The notes below the pieces were generated by a model. The model was not told where the DNA came from. It did not search any database and saw only the letters and a list, made by a program, of their open reading frames with translations. Shown here in pieces: positions 19,088 through 28,779 of a stretch of DNA of 64,000 nt. How positions within the stretch are numbered: the first letter of the stretch is position 1; every line of letters starts with the position of its first letter. A program made the translations under genes and the position numbers. Origin of the DNA: Alphaproteobacteria bacterium (lineage in GTDB: Bacteria > Pseudomonadota > Alphaproteobacteria > CALKHQ01); the NCBI GenBank assembly GCA_965227515.1, contig CBDDFZ010000002.1, forward strand, positions 1,184,001 through 1,248,000, read 5' to 3'.

Positions 19088-20464
19088 ATGGTACGACGCA
19101 AGGAACACGAATATCTTCTGCAAGAGGTGTCTCGTCAGCAATTGCTGCGTGGCCAGATCAACCGTCGCGACTTCATGACCCGCACTTTGTCGGTCGGTCT
19201 TGGTGCGGCCGGTCTCGGGGTTGCCGCGAAGTATGGCATGGGCCCCGCCTATGCGCAGGACCGCCCGCTGACCCCCACGTTCTATCAGTGGATTGAGGAT
19301 CTGCATCCGTCGATCCCGCAGGTGAATGCGCAGTTCGAGGGCATCAACTACCAGATCGCCCCGGTCGAGGGCTTCGGCATCGAGCGATTCGTGGCCGAAG
19401 CGCAGGCCGGCGAGAGCTCCTGGGACGTTTATGCCGGCATGACCCCGTTCGTCGAGATGACGGCGATGATCGAGGCCGACGTGATCGAGCCGTGGGACGA
19501 CTACATCCCGCAGGACGTGCTGGACGACATCATCCCGTCGATCCGCGAGGAGTGCACTATCGACGGCAAGCTCTATAGCTGGCCGTTCCTGCTCGACGTT
19601 ATCGGCATGGGCTGGCATTCGGGCCTGACCAACGAAGCCGGTGTGGCCGACGCGCCTCCGGGGACTTGGGAAGAGTATCTCGCCAATTCCGCCGCCGTGG
19701 TCGAATCAGGCGCGGCACCGTTCGGCTGCACGTTCGACGCGCATGGCTGGCGGTCGCTGGCGCCGTACACCCACTCGATGAGCACCGACGTCTACAACGA
19801 GACGGGTCTGTTCGAGTTCACCAGCGACGCCGCGATCGAGGCGTTGATGCTGATGAAGGAGATGATGCAGTACTCGCATCCGGACATCCTGCTGGCCGGT
19901 GCGTCGGACGGCGGCGTGAACGGTACGCCGGACGAGGTTGCCTTCGCGGCACAGCGCGTGGGGTACTACACCAAGTACTTCAATGCGCCGCTGCGCATGG
20001 CGGCCTATTGGGACAACCCGACCGACCTGCACATGGGCCCGTTGCCGAAGTTCGCCAATGGCGAAGGCTCGACCGTGTTCTGGACCACCGGTTGCGCGCT
20101 GTTCAAGCACGGCCAGAACAAGGAAAAGGTGGCCGAGTACATCCGCGCGCTCACCTACGACCGCCAGATCTGGCAGGACTCGATCGCCGGCACCGAGACC
20201 GGTCATCCCGGCCAGCTGCCGCCGTACAAGTCGATCTACTCGGAGTGGGACGCCAACACGCCGGACTGGATGCTGCCCTTCGTCGGGCTGGTGCGCGGCC
20301 AGCTCGACATCGCCAAGGCGATCCCGAACCACCTGTTCGGGTTGCAGCAGTTCGTCATCGGCCAGCCGATGTGGGAGACCTATCTGACGGGCGAAGAGTC
20401 CGATCCGAAGGTCGCCCTGCAAGCGGCGCAGGACGCGGTGCTGGCCGAGCTCGAGCGCCAGTAG
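19088..20464 (+). CDS. Carbohydrate ABC substrate-binding protein, Tat-exported
   Basis: NRRDFM twin-Arg signal, DGKLYSWP, PGTWEEY. Confidence 0.87.
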   Translation: MVRRKEHEYLLQEVSRQQLLRGQINRRDFMTRTLSVGLGAAGLGVAAKYGMGPAYAQDRPLTPTFYQWIEDLHPSIPQVNAQFEGINYQIAPVEGFGIERFVAEAQAGESSWDVYAGMTPFVEMTAMIEADVIEPWDDYIPQDVLDDIIPSIREECTIDGKLYSWPFLLDVIGMGWHSGLTNEAGVADAPPGTWEEYLANSAAVVESGAAPFGCTFDAHGWRSLAPYTHSMSTDVYNETGLFEFTSDAAIEALMLMKEMMQYSHPDILLAGASDGGVNGTPDEVAFAAQRVGYYTKYFNAPLRMAAYWDNPTDLHMGPLPKFANGEGSTVFWTTGCALFKHGQNKEKVAEYIRALTYDRQIWQDSIAGTETGHPGQLPPYKSIYSEWDANTPDWMLPFVGLVRGQLDIAKAIPNHLFGLQQFVIGQPMWETYLTGEESDPKVALQAAQDAVLAELERQ

Positions 20465-20570
20465 CCGTTCACGCATGAAACGGCGGGTGGCATGCCGCGT
20501 GCATTGTCACCCGCCCATGCGGAATGCGTTTCTCTCAGCCAGGGGCATGCCGGGCAATGCAAACCCACGC

Positions 20571-20667
20571 TGTCGTCCTCGGCCTTGAGCCGAGGACCGA
20601 TGCCAAGACTGGTGCTCGGAACCCACGGTCCTATTAGGTTGCGCCGCAGCTAGGCTAGGGATGACGA
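20571..20667. repeat. CGTC-type REP-like hairpin pair
   Basis: TGTCGTCCTCGGCCTTGAGCCGAGGAC...GGGATGACGA; left hairpin resembles the family B ends. Confidence 0.6.
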
Positions 20668-20731
20668 AGGAAGTGCACATGCCTGCAAGGAGTCGTATTC
20701 GGCCAAGCGTGGCGGGCATGGCGCCGGCCCG

Positions 20732-21655
20732 ATGACGGCGGTAGAGGCACGTGCGTACCGGCAGGAGCGCCCGACCGGTTGGCTGGGGCTCACCATCAAC
20801 ACCTGGCTGTTCCTGGCGCCGACGCTGATTTTCTTCATCTGGTACCAGGTCTACCCGATCATTCGGGTGGTCTGGCTCAGCTTCACCGATTTCCAGTTCC
20901 TGACCGGCGAGCCCGGCCAATGGGTCGGCTTCGACAACTATGCCGAGGCGCTGAGCGACCCGCTGATGTGGGAGAGCCTGTGGCGGGCAGCGCTGTTCAC
21001 GCTGATGTTCCTGCCGGGCACCATCATCTTTCCGCTGCTGCTGGCCATTCTGGTCGACCGGGTGCGCGATCAGCGGCTCGCCACGATCTACCGCATGATC
21101 CTGCTGATCCCGGCGGTCATTCCCTCCACGCTGATCTTCGTGCTGTGGAAGTGGATGTACAACTACCAGGTCGGCCCGATTAACCTGATCTTCGAGACGT
21201 TCGGCGGCATGCCGCAAATGTGGCTGGGCGGCACGCCGCTGACGCTGCCCTCGATCGCGATCATGGAGGTCTGGTGGGGGCTGGGCTACCACACCATCTT
21301 CTTCCTGGCCGGGCTGGCGGCGATCCCGAAGGAGTTGCCGGAGGCGGCGCGGCTGGACGGCGCCAACGAGTGGAAGATCTTCTGGTACGTCACCCTGCCG
21401 CGCCTGCAGCCGATCATGATGATCCTGGTGGTGCTGCGCTTCGGCACCTCGATGGCGGTGATCGACGAGTACCTGATCTTCGGCGGCTTCAACCGGGACC
21501 ACCCGACCTATACCTGGACGGTGTTCATGTACGATCAGGCATTCCAGCTCGGCCAGTGGCGCCAGGGCTTTGCCGCGGCCATCGGCATGGTGGGCGCGGT
21601 GGCGATGATGTTCGTGGTCGCCGGCCTGCTGTGGGTCTTCCGGCCCAAAGGATGA
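20732..21655 (+). CDS. Carbohydrate ABC permease (MalF-like)
   Basis: WVGFDNY, EAARLDGA EAA loop. Confidence 0.93.
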   Translation: MTAVEARAYRQERPTGWLGLTINTWLFLAPTLIFFIWYQVYPIIRVVWLSFTDFQFLTGEPGQWVGFDNYAEALSDPLMWESLWRAALFTLMFLPGTIIFPLLLAILVDRVRDQRLATIYRMILLIPAVIPSTLIFVLWKWMYNYQVGPINLIFETFGGMPQMWLGGTPLTLPSIAIMEVWWGLGYHTIFFLAGLAAIPKELPEAARLDGANEWKIFWYVTLPRLQPIMMILVVLRFGTSMAVIDEYLIFGGFNRDHPTYTWTVFMYDQAFQLGQWRQGFAAAIGMVGAVAMMFVVAGLLWVFRPKG

Positions 21656-21685
21656 TGACGGCATGACTGAGACGGATGTAACGCC

Positions 21686-22585
21686 ATGACCGCCGAAGCG
21701 ATCCACCTGCCGGAAACGCGCGCCGCGACCCTGCCGCCAGCCCGTGGGCCCCTGATCGGGCGCACCGGAGCGGCGGCGATCCGCCATGCGGTCATCATTT
21801 TCTTCTGCGTCATCATCCTGCTGCCGCTGGCCTGGGTGCTGCTGATGTCGGTCAAGTCGCTGCCGGCCTCCATGCGCCCGCAGATCTGGCCCGATACGTT
21901 CGACTTCTCGCACTACGCCTTCGTGTTCGAGAAGATCGACACGCTGCCCCACAATATGTGGAACTCGATCTACGTGACCGGCGCCACGGTCATCTTGACG
22001 ACGTTCTGCGCCGTTCTGGCCGGCTATGCGCTGGTGCACCTGCGCACCCGGGCGGCCACAGCCATCGTCATGACGCTGTTGATGTCGCTGTATTTCCCGA
22101 CCCGCGTGGTGTCGATCATCTCGATCTACGAGATCCAGAACTATCTGGAGCTGATCAACTCCACGACCGGGCTGATCCTGCCCTACATCACCCTGAACCT
22201 GGCGATCAGCGTGCTGATCATGCGCTCCGTCTTCCAGCTCGTGCCGCACGAACTGTTCGAGGCCGCGAAGATCGACGGCGCCGGTCCATGGAAGGGGCTG
22301 TGGATGGTCGGCCTGCCGCTGGTGCGCAACGGCCTGGTGGTGGTGTTCATCGTCAATTTCGTCACCGCCTGGGGCGAGTATCTGCTCTGCCTGACGCTGA
22401 CCAACGACCAGGAAGCGCGCACCATGCCGGTGGTGCTGGCGCAGGCGGCCGGCGGGCTCGGCCAGTGGGCGTGGCCCCGGCTGGCCGCAGTCTACGTCAT
22501 CGTCGTCACGCCCGGCATCGTCGCCTTCGCCTTCGCCCAGAAGCTGTTCTTCAAGGGCCTGATGGAAGGCATGGTCAAGGGGTAG
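21686..22585 (+). CDS. Carbohydrate ABC permease (MalG-like)
   Basis: EAAKIDGA, AWGEY, QKLFFKGL. Confidence 0.93.
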   Translation: MTAEAIHLPETRAATLPPARGPLIGRTGAAAIRHAVIIFFCVIILLPLAWVLLMSVKSLPASMRPQIWPDTFDFSHYAFVFEKIDTLPHNMWNSIYVTGATVILTTFCAVLAGYALVHLRTRAATAIVMTLLMSLYFPTRVVSIISIYEIQNYLELINSTTGLILPYITLNLAISVLIMRSVFQLVPHELFEAAKIDGAGPWKGLWMVGLPLVRNGLVVVFIVNFVTAWGEYLLCLTLTNDQEARTMPVVLAQAAGGLGQWAWPRLAAVYVIVVTPGIVAFAFAQKLFFKGLMEGMVKG

Positions 22586-22684
22586 GGGCGCGTCCCCGGT
22601 CAGCCTTGCCTGCGTCCATTCTTGATCGTGCCGCATTCGCGATGTAGGCGATTGTCCATCGAAGCGGGGTAGCGGAGGCGAGAT

Positions 22685-23686
22685 ATGTTTCGTGCGGCAA
22701 CATCGGCCATGATCCTTGTGGCCGGATCGCTGGCGGCAAGCGCGGCGGCCCAGGCCGACGACAGTTGCACCATGGCGAACAACCAGACCTGCGAGGAAAT
22801 CTACCTCGGCCCGGGCTTCTGCATGCCGCAGACCGACACCACGGACTGCGCGGGCGCGGAAGTGCTGCCACAGTCGGACGATCGGCTGCTGACCGGGCTC
22901 GATGTCCTCTACATGACGCCTTATATGCGCCGGCTGGCACGCAACGAGATCTTCGCGCGCCATGGCTACAGCTTCAACAGCCCGGAACTGCAAGAATTCT
23001 TCGGCGCGCGCAGCTGGTACGCCCCGGTTGGGCAGAACGTGAATTTGTCGGCCATCGAGAGCGCCAACGTCGAATTCATCCGCCAGGTCGAGAACGGCGA
23101 GATCGCCCTGATGGATGACAACCCACGCTCGTCGGACGGCCAGTCGCTGCCGCCGCTGACCGCGTGGATCGCCGATATCGTCAATGCCGACGGCACGGTC
23201 CTGTATGGCGTGGTCAGCGGCATTCGCGGCCGCACCTACGACCCGGAGACCGGCTACGTCACCATCGTGCGGCCGGATCGCGAGGACCTGCTGTCCTATG
23301 CGTTTCAGCCGCAAGGCGACGACGAGTGGTCGGTGGCGACATGGTGGCGGCTGTTTCCGCCGCGCGTGTTGGAGCCCTATGTCCACGCCCTCAACATCGT
23401 GCCGCAGCCGATTGCGCGCGAGACCCTGTTTGGCGAGCCGGTGACCCGCGTGCACCTGGAGTGGTCGGACGAGGGCGGCTTCACCACGCTGGTCGGCGAG
23501 GCCTGGGTCACCGACGACGGCATCTTCCTGCAGGTCAATGTCGGCGGCGTGTTCGAGGAGTGCTGTGGCGGCGACGTCGATATCCCGTGGACCATGCAGT
23601 ACCACCTGGAAAATCTGGAACGCGGGCTGGCCGACCCGGCCCTGCTGGAGCCGCCGCCCGACCGTAACTGGGGCTACGCTGGCTGA
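22685..23686 (+). CDS. Secreted YARHG-domain protein, paralog 1
   Basis: Signal peptide, four-Cys N-terminal module, ARNEIFARHGYSF..SWY. Confidence 0.85.
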   Translation: MFRAATSAMILVAGSLAASAAAQADDSCTMANNQTCEEIYLGPGFCMPQTDTTDCAGAEVLPQSDDRLLTGLDVLYMTPYMRRLARNEIFARHGYSFNSPELQEFFGARSWYAPVGQNVNLSAIESANVEFIRQVENGEIALMDDNPRSSDGQSLPPLTAWIADIVNADGTVLYGVVSGIRGRTYDPETGYVTIVRPDREDLLSYAFQPQGDDEWSVATWWRLFPPRVLEPYVHALNIVPQPIARETLFGEPVTRVHLEWSDEGGFTTLVGEAWVTDDGIFLQVNVGGVFEECCGGDVDIPWTMQYHLENLERGLADPALLEPPPDRNWGYAG

Positions 23687-23691
23687 CCGCC

Positions 23692-24702
23692 ATGGTCCGT
23701 AACTCATCCGCGATCGGCCGTGGGCTGTTGGCCGCCGGTGCCTGGTGCGCGATGGCGGCCACGGCCTTTGCCGACGACACTTGCCCGATGGCCAACAACA
23801 ATCGCTGCGAGGAGCCGTGGCTGGGCGTGGGGTTCTGCGCGCCGCTGACCGACACCTCCGACTGCGCCGGTGCGGAAATCCTGCCGCAGTCCGACGAACG
23901 CGAGCTGACGGCCCACGACGTGCTCCATTTGCCGCCAGATATCCTGCGGCTGGCGCGCAACGAGGTGTTCGCGCGCCACGGCTACACCTTCAACAGCGCG
24001 GACTTGCAGGCGTTCTTCGGCGCGCGCAGTTGGTATGCGCCGGCCGGGCAGGATGTGAGCCTGTCGGCCATCGAGGCTGCCAACGTCGACCTCATTCGGC
24101 AGATCGAGGACGGCGGTGCGGCGGCCTTCGGCGAGCCGGCCCGCGCGCCCGACGGCCAGTCGCCGCCGCCGCTGTCGGCCTGGAGCGCGGACGTCCATTT
24201 CGCCGAGGGCACCGTCATGCAGGCTATCGTCCACGGCGTTCGCGCCCGCCTGTATGTGGCGGACCGGGACCGGGTGACGATCATGCGGCCCGATCTCGGC
24301 GACATGCTGTCGTTCGCCACCGAACCGCAGACCGACGACGAGTATGCGGTCAGCCAGTCCTGGGGCGTGTTTCCGCCCCGGCTGCTGGAGCCATATGTCC
24401 ATGCGTTCGGCATCGTGCCGCAGCCTTTGGGCCGCGAGACCATGCTCGGCGAACAGGTCACCAGGGTCGCCATCGACTGGGTGGACGAGTACGGCAACCA
24501 GACCATCGTGGGCGAGGCGTGGGTCACCGACGACGGCATCTTCGTCAAGGTCGACGTCGGCGGCGTGTTCCTGGAGTGCTGCGGTGGCGAGGCCGACATT
24601 CCCTGGCAGCTTCAGTACCAGCTCGAGAACCTGCAACGCGGCGCGCCCGACCCGGCGGTCTTCCAGCCGCCCACTGACAGGCAGTGGACATTTCCGGGCT
24701 GA
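23692..24702 (+). CDS. Secreted YARHG-domain protein, paralog 2
   Basis: Collinear with 22685-23686; ARNEVFARHGYTF. Confidence 0.85.
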   Translation: MVRNSSAIGRGLLAAGAWCAMAATAFADDTCPMANNNRCEEPWLGVGFCAPLTDTSDCAGAEILPQSDERELTAHDVLHLPPDILRLARNEVFARHGYTFNSADLQAFFGARSWYAPAGQDVSLSAIEAANVDLIRQIEDGGAAAFGEPARAPDGQSPPPLSAWSADVHFAEGTVMQAIVHGVRARLYVADRDRVTIMRPDLGDMLSFATEPQTDDEYAVSQSWGVFPPRLLEPYVHAFGIVPQPLGRETMLGEQVTRVAIDWVDEYGNQTIVGEAWVTDDGIFVKVDVGGVFLECCGGEADIPWQLQYQLENLQRGAPDPAVFQPPTDRQWTFPG

Positions 24703-25541
24703 GTGCCGGCTACGAGATAGGCGACCCAGTGGCCGTGATCGCTGGCGTGCGGCGCGACGGCTACGCGGTGGTGACCGGTGCGTTGGCGCCCGCCGCCAGG
24801 GCTTGGCTGGCAGGCCAATGCGCGCGCATCCTCGCGCTGTGGCAATCCGAAACGCCGGACCATGGCACGCGCACCAACATGGCGTGGCTGACCGAGCCAC
24901 GGTACTGGGCCGGCGATCCCGACGGGCTGACCGCATTCCTGGAACTGGTGGCCGATCCGGCGCTGGTGGCGCTGCTGACCGAACTGGGCTGTGCGCCGCC
25001 GCTGTTCAACAACACCCAGTTGTTCCCCGACCCGCCAAGTACCGAGACAACGGGCCGGTCATGGTACGGCTTGTGGCACCGCGACACCCAGTTCCTGGCG
25101 CCCGAGGACGAGGCCGAGCGCGCCTTCATCGCCAGCCTGCGCGGCATCCATGTGCATGTGGCCCTGGTGGCGGACGACAATTTCGAGATCGTGCCCGGCA
25201 GCCATTTGCGCTTCGACACGCCGGCCGAGCGCGCCATCCGCAAGGCCGAGCTAACGGCGGCACGTTCGCTCGGCCGCATGCCGGGGGCCGCGCGCATCGG
25301 GTTGGCACCGGGCGACGCGGTGATCTTCGATGCCGCCACCATTCATCGTGGGCGCTACGCCGCCGGCACGCCGCGGCTGACGTTCGACATCATCTACCAG
25401 CACGGCCCGCCGCTGACCGACGCGCACCCGCCGCCGACGTGCTTTGCCGACCTGGCGGTGCTGGCGCGGCTCAGCCCCGGCGCCCGTGCCGTGTTCGCCC
25501 GGTTCGTTGAGGCGTATGGGGAGATGTGGGCGGGGGCGTAG
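24684..25541 (+). CDS. PhyH-family Fe/2OG dioxygenase; start uncertain
   Basis: WHRD, IVPGSH, IHRG. Confidence 0.78.
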   Translation: MDISGLSAGYEIGDPVAVIAGVRRDGYAVVTGALAPAARAWLAGQCARILALWQSETPDHGTRTNMAWLTEPRYWAGDPDGLTAFLELVADPALVALLTELGCAPPLFNNTQLFPDPPSTETTGRSWYGLWHRDTQFLAPEDEAERAFIASLRGIHVHVALVADDNFEIVPGSHLRFDTPAERAIRKAELTAARSLGRMPGAARIGLAPGDAVIFDAATIHRGRYAAGTPRLTFDIIYQHGPPLTDAHPPPTCFADLAVLARLSPGARAVFARFVEAYGEMWAGA

Positions 25542-25563
25542 AAAGCCCTGACCAGCCCTTCAC

Positions 25564-25650
25564 CGTCATGGTCGGGCTTGTCCCGACCATCCACGACTTT
25601 GGTCAGCCGAAGCCAAGACGTGGATGCCCGCAACAAGTGCGGGCATGACG
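25564..25650. repeat. CGTC-type REP doublet (family C) between convergent genes
   Basis: CGTCATGGTCGGGCTTGTCCCGACCATCCAC...GTGGATGCCCGCAACAAGTGCGGGCATGACG. Confidence 0.85.
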
Positions 25651-25660
25651 CGGGAGAGGC

Positions 25661-26578
25661 CTAACCGCCCGTGCTCATCTGCTGTTCGATGGCCAGGTTG
25701 CGCACGGCCCTCTGCAGTTTGTCGAACGCGCGAACCTCGATCTGGCGCACCCGTTCGCGGCTGATGCCGTATTCCTGGGACAGTTCCTCCAGGGTCACCG
25801 GGTCCTCGCTCAGCCGGCGCTCGGTGATGATGCGCCGCTCGCGCTCGTTCAGGCCCTTCATCGCCTGCTCCAGCATCTCGCGGCGCTGGCCGAACTCCTC
25901 CTTCTGCGCGAACTCGGTTTCCTGGTCGTCGCTGTCGTCGACCAGCCAGTCCTGCCACTCGCCCTCGCTGTCCGCACTCAGCGGCGCGTTCAGCGAATGG
26001 TCGGGGCTGGCCAGCCGCCGGTTCATGCTGACGACGTCGTCCTCCGACACGTTCAACTCGGTGGCGATCTTCTTGACCTTCTCCGGCGACAGGTCACCGA
26101 CCTCATAGGCCTTCATCTGGCCCTTCAGCTTGCGCAGGTTGAAGAACAGCTTCTTCTGCGCCGCGGTTGTGCCCATCTTCACCAGCGACCACGAGTGCAG
26201 GATGTATTCCTGGATCGAGGCGCGGATCCACCACATGGCGTAGGTGGCCAGCCGGAAGCCCTTTTCCGGGTCGAACCGCTTCACCGCCTGCATCATGCCG
26301 ACATTGCCTTCGGAGATCAGCTCGGCGACCGGCAGGCCGTAGCCGCGATAGCCCATGGCGATCTTGGCGACCAGGCGCAAATGGCTGGTGACGAGCTGCG
26401 CGGCTGCGTCGGCATCCTCGTGCTCGCGCCAGCGCTTGGCCAGCATGTACTCCTGCTCGGCTTCCAGCATCGGGAAGCGGCGGATTTCCTGCAGATAGCG
26501 GGACAGGTTGCCCTCTGCGGTCAGCGCCGGCACCTTGGCGGTGGCCGACGCGAAAGAGGCGTCCGCTGAGTTGCTCAT
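25661..26578 (-). CDS. rpoH: RNA polymerase sigma-32 factor
   Basis: RpoH box QKKLFFNLR, GYRGYGLP, SRERVRQIE. Confidence 0.97.
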   Translation of the reverse strand: MSNSADASFASATAKVPALTAEGNLSRYLQEIRRFPMLEAEQEYMLAKRWREHEDADAAAQLVTSHLRLVAKIAMGYRGYGLPVAELISEGNVGMMQAVKRFDPEKGFRLATYAMWWIRASIQEYILHSWSLVKMGTTAAQKKLFFNLRKLKGQMKAYEVGDLSPEKVKKIATELNVSEDDVVSMNRRLASPDHSLNAPLSADSEGEWQDWLVDDSDDQETEFAQKEEFGQRREMLEQAMKGLNERERRIITERRLSEDPVTLEELSQEYGISRERVRQIEVRAFDKLQRAVRNLAIEQQMSTGG

Positions 26579-26650
26579 GTGCGTTGTCCTTCATCTTTCA
26601 GCGGTGACCGGAATGATGGCCACCGCACCCCCAAAATAGCAGATAATTCC

Positions 26651-27640
26651 TTACCCTTGCGCTAGTGCCTCCATCAGAGACTCCATGTCCGCCGGCCGCG
26701 GTGCCTCGAAATGCATGCCTTCGCCGGTCACCGGGTGCGCGAAGCCCAGCGTGCGCGCGTGCAGGGCCTGGCGGCCGAACCCGTCGACGGCCCGGCGGGC
26801 CGCCTCGCCCAGGTTCGCGCGCCGGCGGCGGTCGGCCCGCCCGTACAGCGGATCGCCGACCAGGGGATGGCCGATATGCGCCATGTGCACGCGGACCTGG
26901 TGCGTGCGCCCGGTTGCCAGCCGGCACTCCACCAGACTGTGCGCCGGCCCAAGTGCCGCGCAAACTCGATACAGCGTGCGCGCCGGCTTGCCGCCTCGCG
27001 TCACCACGGCCATTTTTTGCCTGTTGTGCGGGCTTCGGCCGATATTGCCCTCGACCTCGCCAGATGTTGGCTGCGGCGTGCCCCACACCACGGCATCATA
27101 GTAGCGCGCGGTGCGGCGCTCGGCAAACTGGGCGGCCAGGCTGTGGTGCGCGCGCTCGGTCTTGGCCGCGACCATCAGGCCGGAGGTGTCCTTGTCCAGA
27201 CGGTGCACGATGCCGGGGCGTTTCACGCCGCCGATGCCGGACAGGCTGTCGCCGCAATGGGCCAGCAGCGCATTGACCAGCGTACCGGACGAATTGCCCG
27301 GTGCGGGATGCACCACCATGCCGGCCGGCTTGTTCACCACGATGACCTCTTCGTCCTCGTAAACGATTGAAAGGGCGATGTGTTCCGCGCGGGGGGTGTC
27401 CTCGATGCTGGGTGGAACCGTCAGGATCAGGCATGCCCCCGCCGCCAGTTTATAGGATGGATCGGTGACCGGCCGTTTGTCAGTGACCGTCGTCACCGAA
27501 CCGCCCAGGATCAGCGCCTTGACCCGGCTGCGGGACAGATGGGGGAAGCGCTCGGCAAAGGCGCGGTCAAGGCGCACGCCGACCAGGGCGTCATCGGCGG
27601 TCAGGGTGAGTTGTTCGGGGGCGGGGTCGGCAGCCTGCAT
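26651..27640 (-). CDS. rluD: RluA/RluD-family 23S rRNA pseudouridine synthase
   Basis: S4 domain, NKPAGMVVHP, HRLDKDTSG, TGRTHQVRVH; conserved position upstream of rpoH. Confidence 0.93.
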   Translation of the reverse strand: MQAADPAPEQLTLTADDALVGVRLDRAFAERFPHLSRSRVKALILGGSVTTVTDKRPVTDPSYKLAAGACLILTVPPSIEDTPRAEHIALSIVYEDEEVIVVNKPAGMVVHPAPGNSSGTLVNALLAHCGDSLSGIGGVKRPGIVHRLDKDTSGLMVAAKTERAHHSLAAQFAERRTARYYDAVVWGTPQPTSGEVEGNIGRSPHNRQKMAVVTRGGKPARTLYRVCAALGPAHSLVECRLATGRTHQVRVHMAHIGHPLVGDPLYGRADRRRRANLGEAARRAVDGFGRQALHARTLGFAHPVTGEGMHFEAPRPADMESLMEALAQG

Positions 27641-27680
27641 GATGGGGGAGAATATCACAGCCGCGCGGGCCAAATCGCAT

Positions 27681-27726
27681 GGCACCCCATTTCTTGGCGC
27701 CCCCATTTCTCGGCACCCCATTTCTC
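27681..27726. repeat. Three tandem 15-16-bp repeats GGCACCCCATTTCTC
   Basis: ggcaccccatttctt / ggcgcccccatttctc / ggcaccccatttctc. Confidence 0.85.
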
Positions 27727-27756
27727 GACATAATGGAATCGGTTAGGTTGCCGGCC

Positions 27757-28140
27757 ATGGCTACAATGTCTCCAAATCGCCTGCGCGCCCTGAAGATTCT
27801 GGTGGTCGGCATGGGCATCCTGATCGTTGCCGGCATGGCGGTGATCGCCGTGACGCTGGTGATGCGCGCGTCCGACATGCTCGACGGCAGCGACGACGAT
27901 GACGATGACATCGTGACCGGGGGCGACGAGGCCGACCAGGCGCGCCCCACCGGGTCGGCGGCCGAGCCCTGGGTTCGGGAACTCGCGGTGCCGCCAGGCG
28001 GGCGGATCGTCGACGTCGCCATCGATGACGGGCAGGCACTGTTCGTCGTCGAGACCGCCGATGGCGGCCAGCAGGTAATCTATTTCGATGTCGATGCCGC
28101 CGCCGTTGGTGGGCGGGTCAATGTCACGCAAGGCGAGTGA
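27757..28140 (+). CDS. Single-TM hypothetical protein divergent from rluD
   Basis: RALKILVVGMGILI TM segment, acidic linker, beta-rich C-terminus. Confidence 0.75.
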   Translation: MATMSPNRLRALKILVVGMGILIVAGMAVIAVTLVMRASDMLDGSDDDDDDIVTGGDEADQARPTGSAAEPWVRELAVPPGGRIVDVAIDDGQALFVVETADGGQQVIYFDVDAAAVGGRVNVTQGE

Positions 28141-28146
28141 CGGGGC

Positions 28147-28635
28147 TTGGCGGAAAAGGATCAGACCATGGAACCCGAATTCAAGGACCTTGAGGCTTTC
28201 AGGCTCATCGGCCTGGAGGGCAGCTTCGATCCGTCGACGGCGGGTGGCATTCCGCCATTGTGGGCGCAGTTCTCCGCCCGCTATGGCGAGATCGAGGGCC
28301 AGATCGGCAAGACGAGCTATGGCCTCAGCCGGCTGACCGACCGGCAGACCGGCGCATTCGACTACATGGCCGGGGTGGCGACCGCGCCGGATGCGCCGGT
28401 GCCCGAGGGCATGAGCGAGGCCCTTGTGCCCGGCGGCCGCTATGCGGTTTTCACGCACGTGGTGGGTGACGAGGGCATGCAGCCGGGCCTGATGAAGACG
28501 TTCCAGCACATCTTCGGCGTGTGGCTGCCGCAGTCGGGCTATGCGCCGGCCGAGTTCAATTTCGAGCTCTACGACGAGCGTCTCGACCCCCAAACCATGC
28601 AGGGGGCCTTCGACATTTACGTGCCGGCGCGCTGA
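28147..28635 (+). CDS. GyrI-like effector-binding protein
   Basis: IPPLW, DYMAGV, GRYAVFTH, WLPQSGY, FELYD. Confidence 0.88.
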   Translation: MAEKDQTMEPEFKDLEAFRLIGLEGSFDPSTAGGIPPLWAQFSARYGEIEGQIGKTSYGLSRLTDRQTGAFDYMAGVATAPDAPVPEGMSEALVPGGRYAVFTHVVGDEGMQPGLMKTFQHIFGVWLPQSGYAPAEFNFELYDERLDPQTMQGAFDIYVPAR

Positions 28636-28779
28636 GCCGCATTCTCCGTTGGCTTGCTCCGCTAGATCGCCCGCGCGGGGTGCGGGTGCGTGCCGCAGGA
28701 AATCGGCCACGGCCATCGTTTACAGTCACATGACACGGTGCTAGTTTCCGCGGCGTCTCTTCCGGCGGCCGGCGGGTCC

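Noticed and set aside
20507-23707. 1066-aa minus-strand ORF
   Set aside because: Antisense shadow of the permeases and YARHG gene in high-GC DNA; no recognisable motifs
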